Shown one piece after another: positions 27,935 through 41,149 of a stretch of 64,000 bases of DNA. The stretch lies in contig JAYWIR010000094.1 of assembly GCA_036172245.1 (NCBI GenBank), forward strand, positions 1 to 64,000. Direction: 5' to 3'. The position numbers and the translations under genes are program-made. The notes under the pieces are model-generated. The model was not told where the DNA came from. It searched no databases and was given only the letters and a program-made list of their open reading frames with translations. Positions within the stretch are counted from its first letter, which is position 1, and every line of letters begins with the position of its first letter. The stretch is from Raillietiella orientalis. Lineage: Eukaryota.

Positions 27935-29483
27935 CATCACGAGGCGGTCCTCAGGAAGACTCGCGCTCAGGATATGCTCTCAGGACGAACATTCCGAATT
28001 CTTCTTCCAAAGTTTTAGGTTGCCATGATCCTGAGAAGAAAGAACAGAGCTGAGAGGGACGCGGCCGGTGTCAGAGTGGACCGCGAGGAGTTTGGAAATG
28101 TCCCGGCGGTCGCCCGCCGAAGTTTTCAGGATCGTCGCGAGGTGATGCCCGAGCAGCTGGAGGGTAGCACAGCTCAACAGCAAGTGCGGGAAGGTCTTCT
28201 TCTTCGCACATCTGCCACACTTAGCGGCCACACTGTGTCCAGTGTGCCTGGCGCGCTTTTGCACGGGATTCCTCCAAGCAACACCAGCAGCGGCGACTCT
28301 TGCCGCTTGAGGGAAGGGCGCCGCTCTTCCAACAAGGTAAAGTGCCCTTCACCTCCTCCGAACGGACGCCAAGGAGCTCTCCTCATGCTACAAGTGCATG
28401 AAGCTCACCACATTTGGGGTCACAACGTCCACCACTTCGCGAGTTGTCCACCTGCGCGGAAGTTGCTTGTTTGCTGCTATGCAGCACGGCAGTTCTAACC
28501 TCTCTTTGATGACGCAGTCTTTGGCGTCTCTTAGGAAAAACAGCAGTAGACAAAGGCAGAGAAACGAGAACCATTGCATATTCTGCAGGTTGAGGTCGAT
28601 CTTCTTCAACGACTCAGGATTGTTCGCGCATCGCTCGCTTTGTGGATTTTCCCTCAGGAAAAAAGCGAATCCTGGAGACAAGCAGTGTAGTTTGCAAGGA
28701 GGCAGACCTGGGTGATCTCCTATACCAGCGAAACCATCTGGTGGAGTTCGCGGGTACCTGGAACGTCTTAGCGATCTCTGAAGAGCGACTAGGAGGGATG
28801 TGCGTTCTTCGCAGCCGCTTGACATCTTCTCGAGCAGACGTGTTGCATAGCACCAAGGCGTTGTCCATAGTTTCGCAAAGAGGGCGAGTCTTCTGAGTTT
28901 CCGCTGACACTGCATACCCTCCAGTGTAAGGAGGGCTAGTTCGCCTGGCTTACGTGAAGGAGTGCTGATGAGTACGTGCGCAAACGGCGCTTTCTGTGGA
29001 GAGAACCAGGGAATTTCCACGGAGCCGCCGGCAGCTTGTGTGAAAAAAGCTGTGGTATTTGCCTTCGGGATTCCCCTCACGACCATCTTTGGAGTTTTCA
29101 GATTTGCGTTCAGGGCTCCTTCCACGTCCATTCGTTCTTTCCACTGACCTCGTACGCTGCTATCCAGAACACATGGAACATCTGACATCCCGGAACAGGA
29201 AAAGCTCGTTTGAGTTCATCTTGTGCGTTGTCGCTAGTCACCGAAACCGGCGAACTCGAACGCAACCCGAAACACCGCGGTGTTCCTGAGACAATGACTT
29301 GGGAGAGCAGGAGCTATACAGGAAGTTTTTTATTGTGGAAACGCCTTTTTGGACTATGACGTTGTCTTTCTACGAGCCGGAAATGCATAAGGACACGGAT
29401 GCAGATAACGCGATTACCATCGGTGTGCAGCTGGGAGTTCAACGTCGGAGCTTGAGATCTCCGTGGAACCCTCACCTCCTACC
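27935..29483 (-). mobile_element. Family C LINE remnant, unit 3 copy (5'-truncated)
   Basis: ORF 27980..28264 contains KCGRCAKKKTFPHLLLSC; ORF 28388..29188 contains the GELAL block. Confidence 0.7.
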
Positions 29484-29579
29484 AGTTGTGGATGCAGTTG
29501 TTGTGAAGTTCAAATTTGCACTGAACTTTTCCCTCTTTTCTAATAGAATCACGTACAATTCGAATTTGCCACCAAGAAC

Positions 29580-30575
29580 GTGAAATCCAAAATCCGAGGT
29601 CCTGAAAGCGTGTCCTGCGGGCAAACTCTTCGCCGGTAAGCTCTGGAAAATTCTACGGCTTCCAGAGGCGGATGTTATCCGTTGTGGTGAATGATTCTTT
29701 CCCTGTATGAAAATCAAGATGGGAAGATGAACAAACAGCAATAGGGAAGGTTCAGTTCGTTGTTGTCTTACTACTTTAAGAATTTCATCTGGTAAATACT
29801 GTTGTAAGGAAAAGAAGAACATGGGTGGATCGCACGAAGGTGTGGTCAAGAAACGATAAGCGCTTACAGCTGTGGTCCAACGCAAGATCCCTTCTATACT
29901 GTAGCTTAGCAAACCATTTTCGTTCTTGCTTGGGGCATTTTAGAATTGATAACGGATTTGTTAGTTTGAATTCGTTAGCCATGCACATTCTCTGAGCAGA
30001 GTTGGTTTCCGATCGGCTGAGGAGCAGACAATCCCGGCATTGGATCCACTCCTTGAGGTTTGCCTCTGAAGTATATAAAGTTCCCAGGAGAACTCGGAAG
30101 CCACTCGTCCTGGTCGTCTCACCATAGGAAAGACATGCGTCTGTCTTTGCTGCCGACAGCGGACGGAGTCCTTAATGGACCGATTTCCCTTCATGTACTG
30201 TTGGACAGCCTGTTGGCCTTCAGTCCACGGTCTTGTAATTTTCGAAATGGGTTCCGTTGACTGGCGGCAGCAGCGCACTTTTCGTTCACCCCTTTGGCAT
30301 TCGGCAACTCTTCTTTCTCATGTCGAATTTCTGTATGGGCTGTCCGTGAGATTCGCTGCTTGGAAGCTGTTGCTGCGATCTGAGAACCGCGTATGCGCGT
30401 ATTTATTGTGAATTCAATCGCTTTCGTAGCGGAGCTGCAAGAAAGGTACTCCACTTGAGCTCTTCGTCCATAGCGTCTTCGTGGCTCGACCAACTCTGCA
30501 TACAATTTCCTCTCTTGTACGTGTTCGGAAGAAGAATCCCAGTGAACGTGAGATACGACCTCTGGGAATATTTCC
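29580..30575 (-). repeat. Diverged inverted duplicate of 44200-45190; possibly a decayed APE endonuclease region
   Basis: ORF 30191..30658(-) matches 44188..44487(+), and 29472..29912(-) matches 44951..45454(+). Weak APE-like words: 'LALNV' (~30870), 'NARID' (in the 44.7 kb copy), 'FLDHTFV'. Confidence 0.85.
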
Positions 30576-31679
30576 ATTAAATGACGTTTTGCGAGCTTGT
30601 GATGAACGAAAAGCCGAATAATCCTTGCAAAGATTCGTTTGTCTAGAGTGAGTTCCAATCCCTGCGAAGGTTTCCAGAAAGTTTGGAGTGGCCTAGATGC
30701 AGCTCACGTGACGGTGCATGGGCGCCAATAGAGGCAGAAGAGGGATGCTGGGTAGAAACGTGCTACTGCAAATTTTCTGGGAACCTTCGAAAGCATTGGC
30801 CTAACTCTTGCCATACGAACTTTTGCGTTTATAGGTACCTCTGTGCGCCAGGGTTCTTTGCCTACGTTTAACGCCAAGCTAGGAATAAACGTATTGATAA
30901 TGGCTGTAGTTAGCTGCCATGAGTGCCAAAGTGTAGAGCTCTGGTTCCTTGAATTTGATTCACGGATTTCCGCGTCGGTTGCCTTGAGGTCGCAAAACTA
31001 GCGTCTCTGGAAGCGGGGTCAGTCCCTCGCTTTCCTGTGGCATCACTCCCTTCGGCGCTCGATTGTTCCCAACGGCAGTGGGGCGTCGGGACGCCTCTAA
31101 AAAGTACTCTTCATGTCCTCGGGGCCTGTTTAAAAGGTGACCTTCTGTTGTTTCTGTTGGCCTTCTGGTGGGAAAGTTCGCCTAGTTCCGGTGTGAAGGT
31201 ACGCACGATTGCACGCGCGTTTGTTGCTATGTTCCCAGATAATCCGAGACTTCAGCAACCGGATTTCCGGTGATACAGGGTCAATGGAGCTGAGTTGTCC
31301 TTCGCCAACTCCCCGTCGCTGGCTGGGCCACCCCGGTTCAAGAACTGCTCCGGGAACCGGGGGAACATCTTCGGCTTCGATCCGTTGATGGTAAGGGGTT
31401 TCGCTAGGGCGCGAGCTAATTCCGTCTTTTCTACCCAGGGGGTGAGCGTAGAGGTCGTCGGTGTTGTCGCACCAACGAGAGCACACGCCGACTTTCGCAC
31501 CCCCCGCCATGCGAATGGGAGAGTTCCTTTAGCTGTCATTCAGCAGTGATGTCACTCGAACTGTTGTCTCTTTTTCCCGGTTAGACATCGAGCGCTTCCT
31601 GTCTAGTGACGAGTTGGTTTCGTTCTTAGAATGTGTTTGTCCCTCTCCTGGTGTTTTTCTAGCTCTTCTCACGTTTGCC

Positions 31680-32095
31680 AGTGTGAGAAAACGGAAAGAA
31701 AATGGAAAGCAAAAGAAAATCGAAGAAAGAAAAACATGCCGATTTAAAGAAAAGAATGGAAAACCTAAAAGAAAGACTCAAAGGAGAATGGAGAAAAAGA
31801 CCAAAAGAAAAACAAAAGGAATAACGAAGAAAAACAAGAAAATTTGAAAAAGAAGTAGGAAAAAGAAACACAGAATTAAGGACCGTAGGACAAAAAAGGA
31901 AATCAGAGAAAACGAAAGATTGAAGGAAAGAAAGAAAGAAAAAATGGAATCAAAGAGGAAGGAAAGGAATGGAAAACAAGGAAAAGAGGCAAATGAGAAA
32001 AGCGGAAAAGAGAATGGAAAGAAAAGACAAAAACAAGGAAGGAATTACAAGGAGGAAGGCAGAGCTTCCCGAAAACAGGAAGGAGAAGAAGATTC
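31680..32095 (+). repeat. A/G-rich low-complexity tract
   Basis: About 400 bp of imperfect GAAA/GAAAA/GGAAA words with few pyrimidines. Confidence 0.85.
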
Positions 32096-35000
32096 ACTTG
32101 GTGGTGGCTTTCTTGGCGGTCATGGACGCACCGTTGTCGGTTCCTTCTTGGCGGGCAGATTGCTCGATGGTTGGGATTGTGGGTGTTTGCGATTTTTTCC
32201 CTCTTTCCAGGATTGGCTCGCTTTGGATGCTGAAAAAAGTGGTGGTGTTGTGGTGGTGGCGCACGGTCTCGGGAATTTACTCTTTCTGGATTCGGTCCTG
32301 TCCGCTTGCCTGTTTGGCTTTCGTCAGTTTTTCCTGCGAGTGCGAGTGCTTTGGATGCTGCGAAATGGATGCCGCCATGCTGATTGCTCTCTTCATTTTC
32401 TGGTTATATTTTTAGACCCCATTTTTGTGTTGTTCCTCCCCTCCTCTTTTTCTTGCATCCCCCTTTCCCTCTCTTCATTTCTGCATACTTGGTGGACACT
32501 TGCTTATTTCGTGCGGATTGCAGATGGTCCTGTTGCACCTACGGGGAGAAAATCTCCCCTATCTGTAAGCTGTGGATTTGGGATGAAGCGGTCCCTCTTT
32601 CGGAAGCGTCCTTGGAATGAATTCGGAGAAGGCTGCATGGGATAAGAGATGTGTCTGAGCAGGGGAGGCTCTATATCGGATGGAGGATTGAATTCACAAT
32701 TCAGTTAAATTCGAGGCTGTGGCACTTGAGATGCAAAGTGCGCCGATATAGGGAGTTTTTCCTGGATGAAACTCATTCTGAGGCGTATGTGACGTACCTT
32801 GCTGCGGAAGGGGAGCACGACCAAAAAAAGGATGCCGGCGGCAGCGCTTGGACCTGCCTGGCAGTGGGCTCACCTCCGTCCACTTGGAGGTCAGAAAAGA
32901 AAGAAATCAAAAGTGCCATTTGCAGGAGGCGCCGCGTAAAGCCCGCGAGGCAACGGGTCGCGATACGCTCTCTGAAGCAGGACGCCGCATCCTCAGCGAC
33001 GCCATTCAGGAAGAATCCGTAAGGACCACTTAGTGAATAGCAGCGTTCAACATGTATGCCCGCCACCATCGATGGACGGATCAGCATCGATGATGGAACA
33101 ATTCCTGCTTCCAGCCAGAGCGGAAGTCGGATCTCAACGGGGTGCTCGACTTACTTTTCTGTACCGTCCGACAAGGAGCTCTCGGGCTTCACGAGAAGCC
33201 GAAAGTCAGGAGAGGTAAGCAATCGAAGGGGAAATGGGAAACGCCCTTTGTTAGTTAAAGAATTTCTTGAGAGGAGGGGAGATCACAGCAAATGTCCCCG
33301 TGTGCCTTCGTTTTTCTTTCGAATCTTCGTCTTTTTCATTCGGGAATAGTGACTGACGAAACCATACAGTCTCACATTGCGTGATCTTCTCGCCTGTGCT
33401 GCACAAATCCTGGAATCTTTGGGATTATTTGTGAAAGCATTCCTTATGTGGAAACGTTCGGCTGTGACCTTTGTGCGTCGCCTCTCGCGGCCTCTCCCTT
33501 GCAGTGCTTCGCGTCGTGACACGGGTGGGCGCCCAGGTCGGTGATGCTTCGGTGCACACCACGGCTGCATCGCATGAACGTGGTCATCATCAAACGCCTC
33601 AGTTCCGATGAGTGTGGCTACACGGGTGGCAGTCTTCAGTGGAATGGCGGTGCACCGTCTCGCATCCAATGCCCGAGTGTACCTATCGGAAAGCGCCTCA
33701 TCAATACATTTTTTCGGTTTTGTTAATAAAATGGAAATTCCTACACTTCGGGGCGAATGCGGATCGCAATATTCGCGTCAATACTAATTTCACGTGTATA
33801 AAGAATCACGGTCGATGAAATGAACTGAGAAACAAATAGGTGTTGAGGATGTTCTTAATGAACACTAGTGCACACCCTTGAAAATACTCACATTACACAT
33901 CTACCCACATCTTTCCTTATATAAGAATATGTGTAGTTTTTCGTATTTGTTGCTTCGGGATTTGAAATTTCATCGTTTGAGGTTTTCAAACCCACCATCA
34001 TGAACCATTTGTGTGGACTGCCTACGCAAGGCACAAAGCGAACAGATTCTTTGCTAGAGGCTCCACGAATGTACCTAGCGCATGCTGGAGAAAGGAAGCC
34101 ATTGCTGAAACCAAAAACCGACCATGGGGTCCAAGTAGGCAACTAGCAAGTGGTTGTGCATACATCAGCAGAATTGCACCAATCTCTCACACGATTAAGC
34201 CCAATAGCCGCGAACGTGTTATCGTTATGGTAGCAGCCACCAAATATGGTGCACATCGGCGCATTCTGCAGACGGCTGGGTCACCTCTTGTCGATGAACG
34301 TTTCTGTCAAACCATTCGAGGTGATCGAAAGTTTAGGTGGCGATGTGAGAAGTTGATCCTGGTAGTGTACGCGCAGAATGTCGCTAGGCAAGGATTCTTG
34401 GTTACGATCTTTTATCGTGGTTTAGCATGGCAAGGAAGGTGCCTCGTGATATCGTATTGATGTTACGTAGGCAGAAGCTGCTACGTTAACAGCCCCCTAA
34501 CGAAAACCTGAGTGCGGGGAATTGGCTGAAAAGCACTTCCATGAAGGCGAAGAGACGCAATGCCGTGCACTCCATCTGGTTGCTCCCGGAAGTTACCCCG
34601 ATTCGCTAATCCTATCGGAATCTTGTAGGTGGAGGAGACGGAAGACCATCGGCAGGATGTCTCGTTTCCCAGGTGTGGATTTTGGGGTAAGACACTGCTC
34701 CACACGGAAAACCACAGAGCGAGCGGTTTCCACCACTGGGATGCGGGTGACGAGGCTGTCGCCGGAAGGCTCTTCCACGTCGTGACGCAGGCAGCGGCAA
34801 GGAAGACGTCTTCAGCAAAGCAGCGCGTTCTCAGTGCAGATTTACACTTGCGGGCGGGCGTGGCGATGCCGACAACGAATCGCCTAGCAGTTCTGAAAGC
34901 GACCGTTCGAAAGTAAGAAGAAGGCAGCCTTTAGCTTTTGTTTTACCACGCACCTAAAAGAATTAAAGTATCGAGATTTTGGCCATCTGGAGTCGTATAG

Positions 35001-36799
35001 ATAGGAATGTACATTATCCAGTCACGATAAATGCACATGGGTATGGTATGCACTCATTTGCATTTATGTACATGAACTTACATGTGCATATACAATGAGG
35101 ATATGTGAAATGAGAACACCGGTATCGTCACAGAAGAAAGCAAAGTGATATAGGAAAGGAAAAATAGAGAAAAAGGAAAGCAAAGGAATTCCAGATAGAG
35201 AAAAGGAACCACCCCTCGAAAAGGCACCTCTGTCCGTGCATATCCTTCCCCTCCCCTATCTTCCGTGCGCACACACCTCGAGGGAGGAGAGAAGAATCAC
35301 CTTTTCCAAACCTTTTAGTTAACCCTGTGTCAAGATCGCGGGCTCACGGCGAATGCATTTGTCGAGAATGAGGTCACCAGGCGTTTCGTGAGGGCACGGG
35401 TCACACGTGTCCCTTATGGTGGAAGCAGATTTATGGGGATTGGAGCTGTCGTTCGCGTCCACAGGTAGACGACGTCTCAAGAAAGGTGAAGAACAGGAAG
35501 GAAACGAAGTGGAAATCCAAAATGCTTAGAAGTGGTTCACCCAGACAGTCCCTGCGTCTGCATGCACATCTTTAATGGTTGCAGCAGCACATTGCGGAGC
35601 GCTACACGGTAGGGCTGTATTCTGGCATGCGCAGGGGTTGCCGTAAGTGCAAGCGGCTTTCTTCGTGGGCAAAGGTGAGTGCAGCGATTGCGTCATGCAC
35701 TTCTTCCACAACTCTGGTCCTCGCGCAGCTTCCATTGAAAAGTCTGTGCGTGCGTTTAATGCTGTTCACTTTCGCACACTCTTCATCCGATAAGGATTAA
35801 ACTCTTGCTGCTCTCCCGTCGTCTTAAATCCACTTGAGAACTGATGGCCCATCATGAGAAATGAAAAAAGCTTCGTGGGATCTATCGGAATGGGGTGGAC
35901 TGCTGGAATGCTGCATTGCACTGTGAGAGTGCGGAATATCTAGGTGCGAGAGAAACAAGAAACCGAATGACGGTTTCCGCTGGGATGCCGTGTGTCCCGC
36001 ACTTTTCGGTGTTCCCATGACGTCACGTTTCCTTTTCCGTATTCGCCAAGTTCCAGTTACATTTCTTCCGTGGATCCTCAATTTACATCAAATGATTGGA
36101 ATAATCCCTCACTTTGGAAATAGGATTCCTCGATGTAAACGTGCTTTGTTCACCCCGCAGAATGCCGTGAAACGGGCTTCATCAGCTAGCAGGCATGTTT
36201 CTTCGATCATAAAATCTCACTCCGTAATCTGGACCGCAACATCGGTGATCTCTTTTTCCTAAAGCAGGCTCCATGTTTGGGATCTGACGAATCCGAGAAT
36301 CCGTGTCACACGCAGGTGCAATGCAGCAGCGTTGACAGAAAACCAACCTCCGATGAGGTACTCCAAAGGCAGGGACGACAGCGTTATACTCAGATGGCTG
36401 ATGCAAGGATTTCACTTTCCGAAGGAGTGGTAAGGCGTCGTTGCAAGACAGTGGCTGAATGCATGGGATATGCATGCGACTTTCCAGGATCGCGCGATGT
36501 CTTCCCGGAGCCGCTCCGTTCCCTCTCCTCTTTTCTATTGTACCCAAGGCGTGGCCATCCGCGTCGCCGAGAGGCGCTGACAGATGATTTCCTCCTCTCT
36601 TCCTCCCCTTCCAAGTGTGGAAGGCGCAGATGGAGTCGGGCCGGGAAGTACCATCCCGGGTCAGCGAGCTAACTGGTCAGCAACGGATTTCAGTAGCAAC
36701 CACCTCGAGTTGCAACTGCGCGCATTCCGCTCTGTTCAATGCGACGGTAAAAAGAAAGAGAAATGGCTGCCGCGCGCGGATGTTTCGTTCGCATACATC

Positions 36800-37850
36800 G
36801 CATAAGGGATATAAGAAGCTCAAAGTCGACCACTTGAGTGACCGTCCTGGTACAAACAGACACAAGCGACTGATGTATGCATGGAATGGAGCTCTCCTAC
36901 TTGGAACAACACGGGCACTCCGCTTTCAGCAGTACGGAGACGATGACGAGCAACTCGCGTTCACAACGATAGCTCAAGTATGGGCAAACGCGCGAAGCAA
37001 TGCGGTGACCACCAGCTAACGGAGTCAAGAATCTTCCTCCAAATTCATTGCATTCTGCGGGTGAACCATCTCTTCTGTGCAGACGCCGAATCAGCGATCG
37101 GATGGACCTAAATCAAAGGAGATGGCGCCGGTAAATGCAGATTTTGCACTTAACGAAAAGCTGCTCTCGATGCGATGACAAAGTGAAAACGGCTTCTCAC
37201 CTGCATGTGATTCGACACGCCTAAAAGCAGCACAAACCACTTCCTTTTCATCGTTAACGCATGAATCGTCCAATCGCACGAAAACGAGTGTCTGAGCGTC
37301 TGCTGATCGACGACTTCCAGAACGTCAACGTGACCCATGAAGCACTGCAGAACACAGGAAGTTCACTTCCTGTGCTAGAAGACGTGGAAACGAGTTATAC
37401 GTGTTATAGTGCGGGCAAAAGGAACAAACCTTTCGTCGCTTTCCATCCTTTCACTTCCATGGAGGCAGCAAACGCATGTTGACTAAGGTGACCACTCAAA
37501 AGCAGAAAACCAAATTAGCAAATTCCTTAGGAATACTTCGCACTGATGGCTCTACTGGTGAACGTTTCTTCAGAGTTCACAATAGAAGGGCATTATGCAA
37601 CGAAACTCGGGACACTCTTTTGTTCCGTACCATCCAAGATGACTTTGCATTGCAGTGAGGACTTCCGCTGCACTCTGAAAAGGAGCATCAACCACGACCG
37701 TGTGTTCGGAAGCACCGACTGCCTAAGAGCAGCATCACCGCAGAGACACTTCCAACCCATGTTATCTCAACAGAACGGTGGTAACATCGTAGAGCAAGGG
37801 AGAAAAAAAACCGCCGGCGACAACAAGTAGAAGCGCTCTCCATCCCTATA
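36800..37850 (+). repeat. Diverged homologue of 53190-53770 (direct) and 42290-42870 (inverted), with a ~450 bp segment absent from those copies
   Basis: Shared translations RLMYA.N.ALLLG.TRAL.FQQYG.DDE and KLGT.FCSVPSKMTLH. The stretch ~37045-37500 has no counterpart. Confidence 0.8.
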
Positions 37851-40130
37851 GAGTTGAGAGGCACGAGGAGACGAGATCATCACTGCTGGCCGAAGCCTGG
37901 GTCAAGAAAGTCCACTCTTCCGATTACGCATCACAAAGAAGAGAAGAAAGCCGGGCGACAGACCTCATGCAACGCAGCCGCAATAAAAAAAAAAATTAAA
38001 AAACCTCTGCTTCGTACCATCGGCACGCGCCACAAATGCCGGCGCCTTCCTGCGTGCAATGCAATGCGTTGTTGCACGGAAAGAATCTGCACAACGACAG
38101 CGGGAGACAAAAAATCATTGAAGAATGCGCCATTCTGAAGACAACGCCAGCGCCATAGTGAGCTCTTGCATGTGGAGAGATGCAAGAAGAGCGTTCACGA
38201 AAGAGGGCTTTCGATTGCCTACGCCCTTGCAGCGCCTACTTATGATTCCATGTCGAAAGAACCCCAAAATTAGAAGACAGAGCGTCATAAATGCCGCCGT
38301 TTTCTCCTGGGTGTACATGGAACAAAGAGGAGCTGCCCATTCCATGACAAAGAGAAGGTAATCTCAGCTGTTTCCGATCCCGTGCACCAACACAGAAAGA
38401 GAAATCAATTCCCTTCCTTCCCCAACTCGTGAATCCTTATCTTCCACGCAAACACGGCTTTGGCGCTTGACAATTCTCCGTTCACCGTCTCTCGGAAGAT
38501 AATATTACTTCCGAAAGCATTGAAAACCACGGCGATGCAGAAAGGCGAAAAAAGAGGACATCCAGGTGAATACGCGCAGTCAATAGGAGCATGGAGAGAA
38601 AGCAGGACATCGTTGATGTTGGCGGCCACGCTCTTTCAGCGCCTCCACAGAATTCCAGGACAGAACGCTACTTCGGTGAGCGCCAGAAATGCACGTTGAT
38701 CCTCGCCAGAGGCGCATGCGCCTGGCCGCCTTCCCCTCGTTGAGCGTAACCACGGAAACCTATTCCATCAGAAAGAAGAATCATGAACTTCTGGCAGCGC
38801 TCCTTTGCTGTGCTCATGGTTATTTTGTCGGCTTTCAGGATTCGCGATTACGCCAGATTCCTATACGCTGCCCTGACGGCTCCTTCGCTAGACGAGGAGG
38901 CGCGCGAGTAGCTGCTCGCCTTCCCGCCCTCCGTTCGTCGCCCAACAAGGAGCTTTTTAGCCTCCGTTTCACGGACCGCGGAGTTTACGCATTCATGCGT
39001 GCTCCTCCCTCACCCCTCATCCCCTCAAGTCCCCCTGTTAGCCCCATTGCCTTCACCAAGTCCTCCCCGCTGACGTTCGCTGCCTGAGAGAACGCCTCAG
39101 CTCGCATCGACCAGGTAGCGAGGCCGGGGCTCCTCCTCCGCATCCAGCCGAGCAACTCAGCAGCTGATCGCAGAACACCTCCACCGTAACACCAGCAGAG
39201 CAGGCGCACCGGAGAAAGAGGGCGCGCCGGCCGACGTGGGCGGCGCCGGCATGGCGCGCTCCCATCTCCGCAACAAGTAAATTCGCTGGCAACGGCTCTC
39301 TGCTGAGACATCACCACCAGCCGACAGGATACGCCTCCTTCCTTATCCTGCCACTGGCCCGGCTGCTTCTTTTGCTTCCGCTCTTCCGTTACCTGGAAGC
39401 TGCAGTCGGCAAAGTTGACGTGTCGCCCATAAAGGGCGTAGGCGAATATCAAGCATGAAACGGAAAACTTTGTTGGCAAAGCTGCTGCCCTGCCTCTTTC
39501 TTCAGCAGTGATGCTGCGTATCACTTCACCACAACGCGGCACTCGACCAAAGCAACGTTTATGTCAATCCCACTGACTGCCCGAAGGCACTCGAGTTTGC
39601 TGGTCGCATTCTTGGAGCGATGTCCACCCGACAGTGCACCACGGACGCGCCAGAGAAGCGTGGTCCACATTATGCAGCATCCGCACAGGACGGCTCAAAA
39701 CGGGTGAGTGCAGCACACTTCTGGTGAGTGCTTTTGTTGAGCGTTTCTTGTAGAGTTAACCGTGGTCTGTTCTGCTGGGAAGCTGCAAAGCACGGGCCTT
39801 CCACAGCAAGAAGATGGCATGCTCTGACATGGTGGCAGAACGGCAACTCGGTCGCAGCGGTGCTCCAACCCTTTTTCTGCCGTGGGCGGACGGTTGGACA
39901 AAGGATACGGGGCATCCAGGTGCGCCACAATCCCTCGTGCTGTTCTCTGCGGGCCACCGGTGCACGGGCCCTTCAGTTGCCGTTACCGCCGACTATGCAC
40001 GTCTCCCAATTCCTACATATAGCAACTAGAGGATGGCCCAATTTTACTGCATTGGTTTACTACCAGGAAATAAAGTAAAGAGCTAGAGGGGAAGTTGCCC
40101 TACTTGACGAATCCTGACATATCCTTGGTG
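37850..40130 (+). mobile_element. Decayed L1/Tx1-like non-LTR retrotransposon ORF2 (family A; endonuclease-RT remnant), most complete copy
   Basis: Ordered degenerate motifs across shifted frames: 'AVSDPV...LWRL' (SDH...WRL end of APE, ~38365-38470), 'PEKEG..WRAPIS' (PK.G...WRPIS, ~39210-39270), then a KAFDxV-equivalent (reads AAFDKVD in the 54.6 kb paralogue) and 'RIRGIQ' (YLG-like). It is an inverted copy of unit sequence ~1060-3030. Confidence 0.6.
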
Positions 40131-41149
40131 CCGTTTCCGTTCCTGCCTTTTCCAATGCTGCGTAATTCCTATTGCGAGCTACCACCGTACGTAATTCTGC
40201 TAATGTTTACATCAACTTTGTGGCTGGAAGTATATTCCCTTCGATCTTTTTCCTCACCTGCAGGTCAGTCCGCAAGTCCTTCGATTCAACTCGCCAAGAA
40301 ACATTTTCTCAAGGAAATTTTTGTTCTCCCTCTTTCAGTCTATCTGCATGTACACACTGGTAGGTACATGCATTTGCACAAATATACCTGCTGGAATTGG
40401 GAATGTACAGCTTGGGGTAGGCAATCGCTGACCGCGATGTAATTTTTGCTTCCCGAAGAGGATTTTTTTTTTTTTATGCAAGAGTTCCTCCTTCGGGTAT
40501 GCTTCAGGATGTTTATGAACCCTTGCAAACAGCTTCCTTTCTTCTTTGTGGTTTATGGAGAAGCTTGCGTTTGAAACAAGGATGTGTTCCTAGCAGTCCA
40601 TATCCTTCGTATCCCCTTCACGGCTACGTACATCGTCCTTTGAATGGAGCCCTCGCTCTCAAGAGTCCCTTTTAGGAATTGAAGATGGGTGCTCCGGTGA
40701 TTCTAGCTCAATGTGCACCGAGATTTTCCACGGGAGCCATCGCAGCTCAGCTGTTTAACCCTGTGCTCTTTTCACTGTTTCGGCTTTTGTGGCTGATGCC
40801 TCGGGCAGGAATTCCGGGAATCTGATCTCCCGTCTTCCTTCTTTTTGCCATTCGGGAGCAGCAATTTCTAGTCCTTGGATCGAAATGCTGTTCTCGTAGG
40901 ATCGTCCCAACACGAGAAACCGTGGCCTTTTCTTGCAAGCTTTAAACATAACCTGCGCTGCATTCGACTGCGCATGTTCGAAAATGGTTTTGCAGCAAAT
41001 GGGTGACTCACATTCTTTTTACCACACACTAATCGCGCTTTGGAAAAAGAATACACACTTGTTGCGTACCGGGATATAATGTGCAGACCACGTAAGCAGC
41101 GGTGGTAATCGCTCACGATGTTCGCCCCAAGATTGCCGTTCCCAACGCT

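Larger units (their letters stand above)
20866..29580 (+). repeat. Tandem segmental duplication, unit 3 (diverged and 3'-truncated)
   Basis: Nearly identical to units 1 and 2 up to ~22385, then visibly diverged. It carries ~310 bp (22609-22917) missing from unit 1. At ~29483 it jumps from unit position ~8293 to ~10469-10560 and then ends. Confidence 0.95.

Noticed and set aside
31920..32645. 241 aa ORF with a K/E-rich N-terminus and hydrophobic C-terminus
   Set aside because: It is a by-product of the purine-rich then pyrimidine-rich low-complexity DNA.
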